A stretch of 64,000 bases of DNA from Rhizophagus irregularis (Eukaryota), in contig NC_089431.1 in the NCBI RefSeq assembly GCF_026210795.1, forward strand, positions 3,410,001 through 3,474,000, read 5' to 3'. Under the pieces are notes generated by a model. The model saw nothing but the letters and a program-made list of their open reading frames with translations, had not been told where the DNA came from and ran no database searches. Position numbers and translations under genes: made by a program. This document shows positions 41,170 through 52,739 of the stretch, piece after piece. Positions within the stretch are counted from its first letter, which is position 1. Every line of letters begins with the position of its first letter.

Positions 41170-44100
41170 ATGGTGTTACATTCCGATGCTGGTTATACGG
41201 CTTCAAACGTTCCGAATTGATGGGATCTCTCAAAATTTTCCCATCTAAGGTTCACAATTTATAGGCACTGTTGCTTAGAACCTCATGGATATAATACGGT
41301 CCTTTCCAACGTTCCTGTAACTTTTGTTTTCCTCGTAATTGACTCTGATAAAGGAGAACTAAGTCACCGATTTTAAACTGCACGTCATGAAGAACACTAT
41401 CGTGACGTTGTTTTTGCTTCTGTTGTGATTGGTGTATTATGTCTTGTGTTAATAGCCGTTCTCCCATAACTTCCCAGTTAATGTATGAATTTGATTAAAA
41501 AGGTCTTGCTGAGTATCACTCTCAGATATATCAACCTGAGTAGTCCGGACGGCAAACTCAATTGGCAATATAGCATCTCTGCCATACATTAAATAAAATG
41601 GTTTGTGTCTGGTCGTGTTATGCCTTTTAGTTCTATAGGCAAACAATACTGATGACAAATACACGTCCCAATCATCCTTGTTTTCATTGGCATATTTTGC
41701 CAATGCTTCACATAACATTTGGTTAAATCTTTCTACCAATCTGTTCATTTGAGGATGATAAGCTGTTGATAGTTGGTGCTTTACTCTGAGCTTTTGGCAA
41801 AGTGAATTCAACATTTCATTTACAAAGTGGATTTCACGATTGGTAAGGATCTCTTTTGGACATCTGTGCCGGCATATTATGTCTTCATAGAAAAAAGACA
41901 CAACAGATGAAGCCTTTGTATTTGGTAAAGCACGAGCTTCCGGCCATTTGGTAAGATATTCTGTGGCGACCACTATATACATATTTCCTTTTTTCGTCTT
42001 TGGGAATAGTCCGACGATATCCATGCCGACTCTATCAAAAGGCTGTCCTATTTTTATCAGATGTAAAGGTTCATTTCTCTGATTTTTACCCCTCTTTTGG
42101 CATTCATCACAACTTTTGACATAGTCCCAAATGTCATTGAACATTTGGGGCCAGTAATATCGGATTTTTATTCTTCGATATGTCTCATCAATAGAAAAAT
42201 GACTGGCCAAAGGATCTGAATGTGAGTGATGTAATATACTTTCAACTTTACTCTCTTTGACAACTTTTATTGTCTGTTTGGGTTGTCCTTGTTTTTCTTA
42301 TACAATTGATTGTTCAATATGATAAAATATCTCAATTTTTGTTTAATGGCAGCCCGCTGCTCTTTGGTTAGGTGTGTTGGCATAGAATAGTCCGTTAAAA
42401 ATTGTACGAGTGAAAAATATATGGATAAATCCATTCTGTCAAATCAATATGGGTAGTCCGTAAAGTGGTGTCAATAATGCATGTCTGATGTAAAAAATAT
42501 TCAAACGTAATACTCCTTTTTTAGTGTTTAATCCGACTAAGTGTATCTACGTTTGAGTGTTGTTTTCCAGGGCGATTTATGATTTCCAAGTCATAGCCAT
42601 TCAATGTTATTAATCATCGTCCAAGTTTGCCAACAGGATTCGTCATTTTTAGGAGATATTTTAACACCGCATGGTCTGTTACTACAACAAACTTTTGGCC
42701 ATGCAAATAATGGTAGAAATGTCCGATAGACCAAATAACCGTAAGACATTCCAACTCTGTAATACCATAATTCCTCTCATGCTTATTTAGAGTCCTGCTC
42801 ACATAAGCAATTACACACTCGTTATTATTTTTATTCTTCTGAGCTAATATAGCTCCTAATGTAGAAGCATCCGTGAATACCATAAATGGTTTTTCAAAAT
42901 TTGGGTAAGCTAATATCAGTGGGGTCGTTAAACATATTTTCAAATTTTCGAAAGCCTTTTGTTGATCACTTGCCCAAATGTAAGGAACATTCTTCTTTAG
43001 CAAATGATGTAAAGGTTCAGCTATTTTTGAAAAGTTTTTCACAAACTTTCGATAATAAGAAGCTAGCGCTATAAACTCTTGAAGTTGTGTTAGATCCTTC
43101 AGAACAGGAAATTCTTTAATGACTATCAACTTTTCAGGATCGGTATGAATGCCCTTTCGACTTACAACATGTCCCAAGAAGGGTATTCCGTCTTTAAAGA
43201 AGAAACACTTTTCCAGGCTCAACTTTAATCCAGCCTGTGCTAATCGTGAGAATACTTGTTCTAAATGTAACAGGTGTTCTTCAAACATTTTTAACACTAC
43301 ATTGATATCGTCGATATAAAACACAACATACTGCCAAAGAATATCTCGCAGGACTGTATCCATAAGACGCTGAAAGGTTGCCAGGGCATTATATAAGCCG
43401 AACGGCATAACGGTGAATTCATATATTCTGAATTTCGTAATAAATGTTGATTTTTTTTGGTCCTTCAGATCCAACTCTACTTGCCAGAACCCACTTGCCA
43501 GGTCTAATGAAGAAACCACTGGGACCCTGACAATGTTTCCAGCATGTCGTCTATCCTAGACAAAGGGTAACAGTTTTTTTTCGTTACCTTATTCAATTTT
43601 TGGTAATCAACGCATAATCGTTTTTTACCATTCTTTTTCTCGACAATTACCATTGGCGAAGTCCATTGACTATTGGACGGAATAATTAATCCTGCCTTCA
43701 AAAGCCATTCAATTTCTTCTTTTATAAAGATCTGATTCTGGTATGATGTCCTATAGAATCTTTGCTTGATTGGAACTGCATCTTCGGTATCAATACAATG
43801 TTTAACTATTGAAGTTCGACCAAAATCATCCAGTTGCCAGGCAAATAAATTCTTATGCCGATTCATGAATTCTTGAAATTTTTGTCATTGTTCATTATCC
43901 AAATTTCCCGTATGGAATTTCCCCTTTTCAACTTCCTTATATTGGTAGTAACATTCGTTCTCAACGAACGTATCATCTTTCAAAAGCTCTTCGATTTCCT
44001 GAGTTTCCTCTTGAGTGATAAACTGCGTATTGCAATACATCTGCTCTTGTAAATTTTCATCATCATCAGTCTCATACTCCTCTTCAGATTCTTCTATTAC

Positions 44101-44808
44101 ATCTTCTTCGGTAACTTCCTCTTCCTCTTCTTCAACTCCGAAGGCTTCAATGCTAACAATATGATGTGGTGCTTCTTGACATTCAGTTATAACTTCAAGT
44201 ACTTTACCCTTCCATTCAATTACCATTTTATTATTGTTATAATCAATAATGGCTTTTGTTTTCCGCAACCAGTCATTTTCTACAATAGCAGAATAGGAGT
44301 CTGCTTCCGTGACAATCGCATCCATCGGTATGATACATCCTTTTATCATTAAAGGAATATCAGATACTGTGTCCAATGGCCTTCGTCATTCTCTATTTAC
44401 ATTTACCATTACTGTTTTCAAGGCTCAGGTTATCTTCATATCCAAGTCTTTCAATAAGGATAAAGATATGATGCTTCCTGCTGAGCCCGAATCCACAATT
44501 AGAGGGAACTTTATGTGATTTATTGAAGCATCACAGTATAGTGCAGACATCTTGTCATCATTTGGTCCTGCTGTATTTACTTGCATCAAGTCCTGCGTCT
44601 CAGGAGCAATTCCTTCTTCTAAGGTCTCATTATTTATTAATTTCTTTGTTGGTCTTTTCTCTTGTTCCTCGTCCTTCTTTCGAACAACTGGCTTTCTTAA
44701 TTGTTTGGCTATGGTTAAGCCAAACTTTGGATTCAAGGCCAGTAACTGTCCATTTGTAATATTTGCGGGTTGATCGAAAAACTGTTGCAGTGTGTAAGGT
44801 TCAACCAT
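41170..44808 (-). pseudogene. pol: Gypsy pol (protease, RT, RNase H, integrase)
   Basis: PR 'LIVDSGSAGSII'. RT 'LCVDY.KLN', 'LDLASGFWQV', 'VMPFGL', 'YIDD'. RH 'VFTDAS', 'ELECL'. INT 'YYWP..C.EC', 'GMDIVG', 'TAYHPQ..LVERFN', 'WKGPY'. Confidence 0.95.
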
Positions 44809-45099
44809 TCTATTGATCAGGGCAACAACTGGTACTTTCTTTTTAGGAGGCCTCTAGACCGTTCTCTTTGTTTCAGCATTTTTAGATTCGGTAGATTGCT
44901 TTGCCTTATTCTGCACCATCTTTTCTTCATTTTCCGAATCATTCTTAAGTGTTGCTTGCAATGGGTTTAGTCTAATCTTACTTCTAGTAAGTCGAGTAGC
45001 CGGTAAGTTTTGAGTAAGGTGAGATTTGAGGAAATTGTGATTTGGTGAGTACGTTCACCCCCATGAGGTATGCCATCTAGTTTAAAGATTCTTCCTGAG

Positions 45100-46900
45100 G
45101 TACCAGCTGGGCAAGCAACTGGTGAATCTGGGCGATTCCTTCACTCACACTATTCGTCTGCTGAGGTGTAGTGCGATTATTATTATCATTACCACCAGTA
45201 TTGTTATTACCGTTATTGTTATTAGCGGGTGCTGCATTATTGTTTCAGTTGGAACAGGTTCTTACAATATGTCCCGGTTGTCCACAGGAATAGCAAGTCA
45301 CTCTAGATTGTATGGCTGGATTTTGTTGCATTTAATTGTTAGGCTGTGCAGCACTTCATTGATCATTATTGTTTCGATATCCTCTATTTCTGGAGTCCAA
45401 TTGTTGTACCTGTTTGGTCAACTCTTGAATTGCCTTGCATAAATCCTCCAACTGTATATTGGCGCTGGATGGTGCGAACTTATTCAAGTATACACTAACA
45501 GCATGTTAATCTTGATGTGTCAATTCGTAGGCTTTCACCCTATCTACTGCGACATTCCAAGTCTGATCGTTATGGGGCTTTACAGTGATATATAGGTCAG
45601 GCAACAGTCCGTTGACAAATTTCTGAGCTTTGATAGCTTCTGGGTATACAAAGGCGTTTGTTTCCACTCTTCGGTATAATTCTTGTAGAGCTGCAGCGTA
45701 CGTATTGATGTCTTCTCCAGGCTGTTGTCGCTTCTGTTCCAATTCTGTAGTCCAAATTTCAATCAGGGTTTGTATTCTAAAAGCGGCAAAAAAATTCAGA
45801 ACAAAATCGGTATTATTATTATTGCCGGTCTATGCAACAATCTTATTTGGGTTATTATTTGGTAAGATTGCTTGTCTAAACCTCTTCAAAATCCTACGAT
45901 TAGTTTTGTCAAAATTTTACTATAGATTTATTATAGTTTCAGCAGAGTTTCGGCAGTTTCAGCATTTATAATAAGTTTCAGCAGTTTTACCTTTCTCCAA
46001 AGTTTCGCCAGTTTTTTAATATAACTTTAATATAGTTTGGCAGAATTTCGCTTTTTGGCAAAACACCATTTTGCCTAAACCCCTAGGTTTCAGCAAGCAA
46101 CCTTATTATTTGGTAATGCTTGATTGGCATTCCACTAAGTGGAGGTGGCTCCTTTAAGATAAGCCGGCACAACCTCCAATTTTTGACTATTTGCAATCCC
46201 ATTTGCATTGCACGCTCAGGTAAAGTCTTCTAACTATGCTACTGGATCTTGATTCCCCATAGAAATATGGTAGTTCGGCTACCTTTCCTTTCCGGCGAGG
46301 TGGATTAGTGATCGCCTGGGTATTTCCAGCCAATGCGTTATTGGTATTTGGCAGAGCTTGAGTCAAAGCGGCTATGGCAGCTTTCAATTGCTGGAAATCT
46401 TGTTGGTTTGGTTGGGCCATATTATCAGGCTGCTGAGCTATTGATTGTGGATTATCGTTTACAATTTCTTCTGAACCAGGTGATGTTGAAAACTTAATTT
46501 TGCTATAATTATAGGCGATTATGAATAAATCTAGGCAGATTCCTTGGGTAATGCTGTACATGTTCCAAATTTCTTGTTGTAATGCTTCAAAACTTAGAGC
46601 AGGTGTGTCGGAATATCTAATACTAAAAATTAAATCAATTATAGCTATCCAAATGTCATTTTCTTCGACGTACGATAGCTCCTCTAAATACTGTTGAGTG
46701 TACCGAGTATAGGTTATGGCTGGGTATTCTGAGCTGTGCCAGTCCCAAAAGGTACTAAAGTTGTCAGATAATAACAGTTCAGGTGGGTAGCAGTGGATGC
46801 AGGATCGGTCACGATAATGATAGGTGATATTAGGGCTTCTCAGGTATTGATGTAATCTATCGTGGTTAATATTCCTTTGAAAATGCGCTACAAACATACA
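45100..46900 (-). pseudogene. gag: Gypsy gag with long N-terminal extension
   Basis: 'ELPYFYG', 'QQPGEDINTYA', 'KFVNGL', zinc knuckle VTCYSCGQPGHIVRTC (~45255-45301). Interrupted by a MITE and stops. Confidence 0.88.
45866..46102. mobile_element. 237-bp TIR element inserted in gag, 14-bp TSD
   Basis: TIR gattgcttgtctaaacc / ggtttcagcaagcaacc. Direct repeat ttattatttggtaa at 45852-45865 and 46103-46116. Removing it restores gag 'ALPNNNPNKIVA'. Confidence 0.88.
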
Positions 46901-46926
46901 CTTTGGGTCGACAGGGATGTTAAGGT

Positions 46927-46944
46927 TTCTGGCAGAAGGCACCA
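46927..46944 (-). promoter_or_regulatory. Primer binding site
   Basis: Minus strand TGGTGCCTTCTGCCAGAA begins 2 nt after the 5' LTR end and is complementary to a tRNA 3' end ...AGAAGGCACCA. Confidence 0.8.
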
Positions 46945-46946
46945 AT

Positions 46947-47279
46947 TGTTATGTGTCAGTTCTTGTGTGCTTAAAAATAAGCAGTATATGGGTTTTAATT
47001 AATTTTATTAAAGATTTTTAAGGACTGTTCTAAAGAACTACTTTTTTATAATGCGCATTTATACTGTCTTTTTATAACAAATTTTTACTAAGAAAAATAA
47101 TATCTAATAAATTAAATTTATGCTACATATGCTATACATACTATATATACTATATATGCTATATACCCTATATATACTATATTATCTATATATACTATTT
47201 ATTCTATATGTTCCCTATATACCATATATTCTATATATCGGACATATATGATATATCGAACATATTCGACATCTACTAC
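46947..47279 (-). repeat. 5' LTR, missing its outer ~49 bp
   Basis: Matches 40147-40479 with about 5 substitutions by eye, then runs directly into the palindrome. Confidence 0.93.
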
Positions 47280-48478
47280 TAAAGCTCCGAACGGTTCGGG
47301 CTAAACTGGGGAACCGATCTGAAACCGGCTCAAAATTTGGTTCGGTTCGGTTCGGGTATTAGAACCAAAAAACCGGTGGTTCGGTTCGATTTAATCCGAT
47401 TTTTATAAAAATGCGAAAAATCGAATAGCCGGCCATCTAGTGATCGTACAAAGTCGAACCATATATTATTGGATTCAGATCGACGAGATGCGTCGAATGG
47501 TGGTAAGATTATGTCTCTAGCATCGATAGATCACACGTTAATCCACACTAAATGATTTATAAATAATTGGAATTAGAAAGCTATCTATCGGTGCTAGAGA
47601 CATGATCTTAGCACCATTCGACGCGTCTCAGTGAGACGAATCCAATGAATATAGATTTGTTCGTGTATGACCACTAGATGGCGAATAATATCAAGTTTCG
47701 CATTTTTTTTAAAATTTTCGAGCGTTAAAAATTAAAAATTCCGATACATGAATTTATTCGTCGTCCAATGGTCGTACAAATATGAATATGGACTCATTGG
47801 ATTCGTCTCGATGAGACGAGTCGAATGGTGGTAAGATCACGTCTCTAGCATCGATAGATAGCTTGCTAATGCTAATTTTTTATAATTATTTAGTGTGAAT
47901 TAACTTACGATCTATTAATGCTAGAGATATGATCTCACCACCATTCGACTCATCTCATCGAGACGAATCCAATGAGTCCTAATTCATATTTGTACGACCA
48001 TTGGACGACGAATAAATTCATGTATTGGAATTTTTAATTTTTAACGCTCGAAAATTTTAAAAAAATGCGAAACTTGATATTATTCGCCATCTAGTGGTCA
48101 TACACGAACAAATCTATATTCATTGGATTCGTCTCACTGAGATGCGTCGAATGGTGCTAAGATCATGTCTCTAGCACTGATAGATAGCTTGCTAATTCCA
48201 ATTATTGATAAATCATTTAGCGTAGGTTAACGTGTGATCTATCGATGCTAGAGACATGATCTTACCACCATTCGACGAGACGAATCCAATGATATATGGT
48301 TCGACTTTGTACGATCACTAGATGGCCGGCTATTCGATTTTTCACATTTTTATAAAAATCAGATTAAATCGAACCGAACCGCCAGTTTTTCGGTTCTAAT
48401 ACCCGAACCGAACCAAACCGAATTTTGAGCCGGTTTCGGATCGGTTCCCCAGTTTAACCCGAACCGTTCAGAGCTTTA
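47280..48478. mobile_element. 1.2-kb palindromic foldback element with hAT-like termini
   Basis: TAAAGCTCCGAACGGTTCGGG...CCCGAACCGTTCAGAGCTTTA. Arms of ~580 bp are near-perfect reverse complements. Subterminal 'ggttc/gaacc' repeats. Confidence 0.9.
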
Positions 48479-49605
48479 GTTATTTACGTACTTCAAATTA
48501 AACGAAGTATATCATTACTATTTTAAGTTAAGTATTCCAAATTTACCGAACTTCAATCTAAAATTGAAGTAAACAAATAAAATTTTTTTTAAGAACTTTT
48601 TCTCTAACACAAATTTCAAACAAATTTAGAAATCATACAATTTTTGTTTATTAAATGTCATAAATTTTAATAAATCTTACAATAATTATATGTTTAAACT
48701 TTATAAAAAAATAAAATATGTTTAAATATAACAAATACTATACAAAAATTAGACAATTATTACAAAAACTAAACAAAAACCATATGAATTTTTTACGATG
48801 ACTTTTTACTGGGATTGATCATTAAATAATTATATGCAAATCTCTTTGGCATTTAAGAATTATCTTGTATATACAGACCTATTCTATAAAGACATAATAT
48901 TTTTTTTATTTTTATTTCACAGAATAAACTCAATAAAGTTTCAACAACGATTACAAAAAATACTAAATAACAGAATCAAAAGTAATACAAATATAAAACT
49001 GTAAACGGAGATAACTTTGTGACATAATAATATTTTTTTTCTTGATCTAAGAATCACGTGATTTTGTAGCTTTCGACGATATCGGCTTCAGTATGTCCAG
49101 TTGTTACAATATTCTGGATATGCACACTATAGTTATTGACTGTATACATCATCCAACCTAAAGAATAAATAGCTTGGAATCAGTCAGTAAAGGTTACCTG
49201 GGTGATATATGGTTAATTTATCTGGTTAAAATATCAGATCATAAAAATCTCAACAATCATTTTATATACTTAAACGATTTAATATAAATTGTTCCTTAAT
49301 TCTAGCTAGAAGAAAAAACTTCAATATACAGAACTTCAATGTATTTAAGTCAACGTATTCCTCTATTTATTCAATATAATGTTTTAAACGCAAAAATTTC
49401 TAAGATAAATATTACACAAAATAAGTATGTACATTAGGTTATCGTAAAAACCAGGATGTTGTACATTTAATATCATACATATGATGTGTACGTTAGGCTG
49501 TTAGGAATACTCACCTCAAAATCGGTGTGACGAATAGTTGTGAAGTCTGGTGAGAATATTGAGTGGAGTATGGTGACATTTGGCGTCGCAATATACGGTA
49601 TGGCA

Positions 49606-49782
49606 TATACATGCCACCCAAATTATTTTGGGCTGCCGTAATTATAAGTAAAATTCCAAATTCAATTATAGCATCCCAAATTATTTTGGCACTTTACATA
49701 GTAAATTATATATAAATTAAATGAATTATGGCATCCCAAATTATAATTATGACATCCCTAAATAATTTGGGCAGCATGTATA
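49606..49782. mobile_element. hAT-type MITE, 177 bp
   Basis: TIR tatacatgccacccaaaattattt / aaataatttgggcagcatgtata. 8-bp TSD gtatggca (49598-49605, 49783-49790). Internal 'catcccaaatta' repeats. Confidence 0.8.
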
Positions 49783-50859
49783 GTATGGCATTCTAGGCTA
49801 GCAGTCATCTGACCCACTTTAGCTGTCAGCTGACGCAAATCGACAGCGGACACATAACATTTACACAATATAATTTAATCTGCTCTTATCATTGCAGAAT
49901 TTTTGAAAAAAAAGAAATTTTATTTTATTTATATAAGTGCAGATTTAAGGGTCGCATTTCACAGACAATCATTCCGACAATTATCTCACCTTTCATCGAC
50001 AGGTCACTTCACAGACAAATGTTTCTTATGGTCAGTGCAAAAAAGATTGGTACCTCAAACATTGCATAGATAAAAAAAATTTTATTATGTAAGTATTTTT
50101 TTTTTTTAAATATTTTTTTATTTTTATTTTTATAAACCACGTGAACTCGAATTACAGTAAGATAAACAAGGGTAGTAAAAACCAGCCTAACGTTATCTAA
50201 AGAATTTCTGTAATCTAAACCGCTATAAGACAGTGTCACATTGGGGTGGAATAAGAATGCCAGAAAATGACAAGAAAAGATAAAAATAAAAACGCACAGG
50301 GGGCCAGGAATATGACTATATAAAAAGGGAAGGGAAAAAGCCTAAGCTGAAAAAACCCTACATCAGGAAATTTTTTGGGGTGCAGATCAGCGCAGATCTG
50401 CAGGTGACATTTTTGCGCAGATCTGCGACCCTGTCGGCAGTCTTTGAAAAAAAAAATTCATCAAAAACTGCGCAGAATTTCAAGAAAATAAAGTTCTGCG
50501 AAAATCTTCAAAATTAAATCTGCTGCAAGAAATTCAAGAACAAAATTCTGTGAAAAAATTCAAGAACGAAGTTCTGCAATAATTCACAAAAAAATAAATT
50601 ATTTACTAATCGTCACAGTCATTAATATATATTGTATTTTTTATTATGTATTTTTATTTACTAATAAATTTGTCAAATAAAATTGCAAAATTGAATATAG
50701 CTAAATAAATTTATAAAGTTAAAGAATTTCAAATATAACTAACTGAAATTAATAAAATACAATATAAAAATTGAAAAAAAAACCCAATATATGCCAACTT
50801 ATTAAAATATAATCATCTTTCAAATGTATTTTAATGACATATATCTAAAGTATTCATCC

Positions 50860-52530
50860 AAAATTTAAAGAACTTTGAAGAATACCTTCAAAATTCTCTT
50901 CAGATATCATCTAAAAAGTTGCGAAGCTACAAAAAAAAGAGAAAAAATTAATTTCGTTAAAAAAAAAAATTTTATTAAAAAAAATAAAAATTTAAAGAAC
51001 TTCGAAGAATACCTTCGAAGTTCCATTCAGAAAACACCCAGAAAGCCATAGACCTACAAAAAGAGAATACCTTAGTAAAGTTTCATTAGAAAAAAAATTA
51101 AAAAAAATTGAAGTTTCAAAAAGAAATGAAACTTTTCAAAACTCACCTATCCAAAGGTCGCAACCGATACCAACAAAATATAGAAAAAAAATTGAAAAAA
51201 ATTGAAGTTTCAAAAAGTTAATGTAACTTTTTGAAACTTACTACAGGTTTCGTTTCCAAAGGTTGCAACCGATACCTACAAAATAAAGAGAAAAAATTAA
51301 AAAAAAATTAAAGTTTCGAAAAGTAATGAAACTTTTCGAGAAAAAATGAAGTTTTGAAAAGTAATGTAACTTTTCGAAACTTACCACAGGTTTCGTTTCC
51401 AAAGGTTCCAACTGATACCTACAAAATAAAGAAAGAAAATTAAAAAAAAAATTAAAGTTTTGAAAAGTAATGATACTTTTCAAAACTTACCTATTCAACC
51501 AATACGTTTCGAAAAGAACGAACAAAACTTTTTGAACTCACTTATTCAAAAATCCCAATTTCCAACTGATGATACCTACAAAATAGAAAAATAAAGATAA
51601 GAAAAAAAAATAAGTTTTGAAAAGAAGGAACGAAACTTTTCGAAACTCACCTATCCAAAAATCCCAACTGATACCTACAAAATATAGAAATAAAGTTAAA
51701 AAAAATAAAATTTGAAGTTTTAAAAAGAATATGATTCTTTTCAAAACTTACCATCCAAATGTTCCCGCCAACCGATATCTACAAATAAAGAAAAAAATTT
51801 AAAAAAAAAAATAATAGAGTTTTGAAAAGAAGAACAAATTTTTCAAAACTTACTACTCCAAAGATCCCAACCAATACCTACAAATAAAGAAAAAAATTAA
51901 AATTAAAAAAAAAATCAAAGTTTCAAAAGAATGAAACTCTTGAAACTTACCGATGCAAAGTGAAGGGTCTCGCCGATACCTAAAAAAAAATAAAAAATAA
52001 AAAAAATATTAAATTTTTTTAAAAAAAAATGAAGTTTCGAAACGAAACTTTCAAAACTTACATGAAGGGTTTCGCCGATACCTAAAAAAAAGAAATAAAA
52101 AAAAATATTAATTTTTTTTTAAAAAAAACGAAGTTTCAAAAAAATGAAACTTTTGAAACTTACGTGAAAGGGTTTCACCGATACTTAAAAAAAGAAATAA
52201 AAAAAAATATTAATTTTTTTTAAAAAACGAAAGTTTCAAAAGTTTTAAGAATGAAACTTTTTGAAACTTATGTGAAGGGCGCCGATACCTAAAAAAAATA
52301 AATAAAAAAAATATTAATTTTTTTTAAAAAAATAAAGTTTCGAAAGTTTAAAGAATGAAACTTTCGAAACTTACCGTGAAGAGTCTCACTGATACCTAAA
52401 AAAATAAATAAAAAAAATGTTAAAAAAATCTTTTAAAAAAACAGTTTCAAAAGAAAAACTTTCAAAACTTACCAATCCAAAGCGAAGAGTCTCGCTGATA
52501 CCTAAAAAAAATATTAGAAAAGATAAATTT
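50860..52530 (+). repeat. Degenerate tandem array of ~95-125-bp units
   Basis: Recurrent 'aagtttc(a/g)aaa...aacttttcgaaacttac...ccgatacctac/aaaaa' units whose sequence drifts along the array. Confidence 0.85.
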
Positions 52531-52739
52531 TTTAAAAAAACTTTTTTAAAGCTAAAGATTATCATTCGGCACACAAACCATAATTGACTAGTCTGATCAA
52601 CTTTATCGATTTCTGGTTTATATCCGATTGGTAATGATTACTGTAATAATACGAACTGACAAATATACTCCAACAGGACCCCGATATATAGTAACAAAAA
52701 GTAATGCATTTCGCATTATTTTAATATTTTTTAATAGGA

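Larger units (their letters stand above)
40147..47279 (-). mobile_element. Ty3/Gypsy LTR retrotransposon, decayed, 5' LTR truncated
   Basis: Two direct LTR copies, PBS, PPT, and Gag-PR-RT-RH-INT order on the minus strand with multiple stops and frameshifts. Confidence 0.96.

Noticed and set aside
42886..45971. Plus-strand ORFs within the Gypsy element
   Set aside because: Antisense shadows of gag/pol with no independent motifs.
51241..52574. Phe/Lys-rich minus-strand ORFs
   Set aside because: Translations of A-rich tandem repeats.
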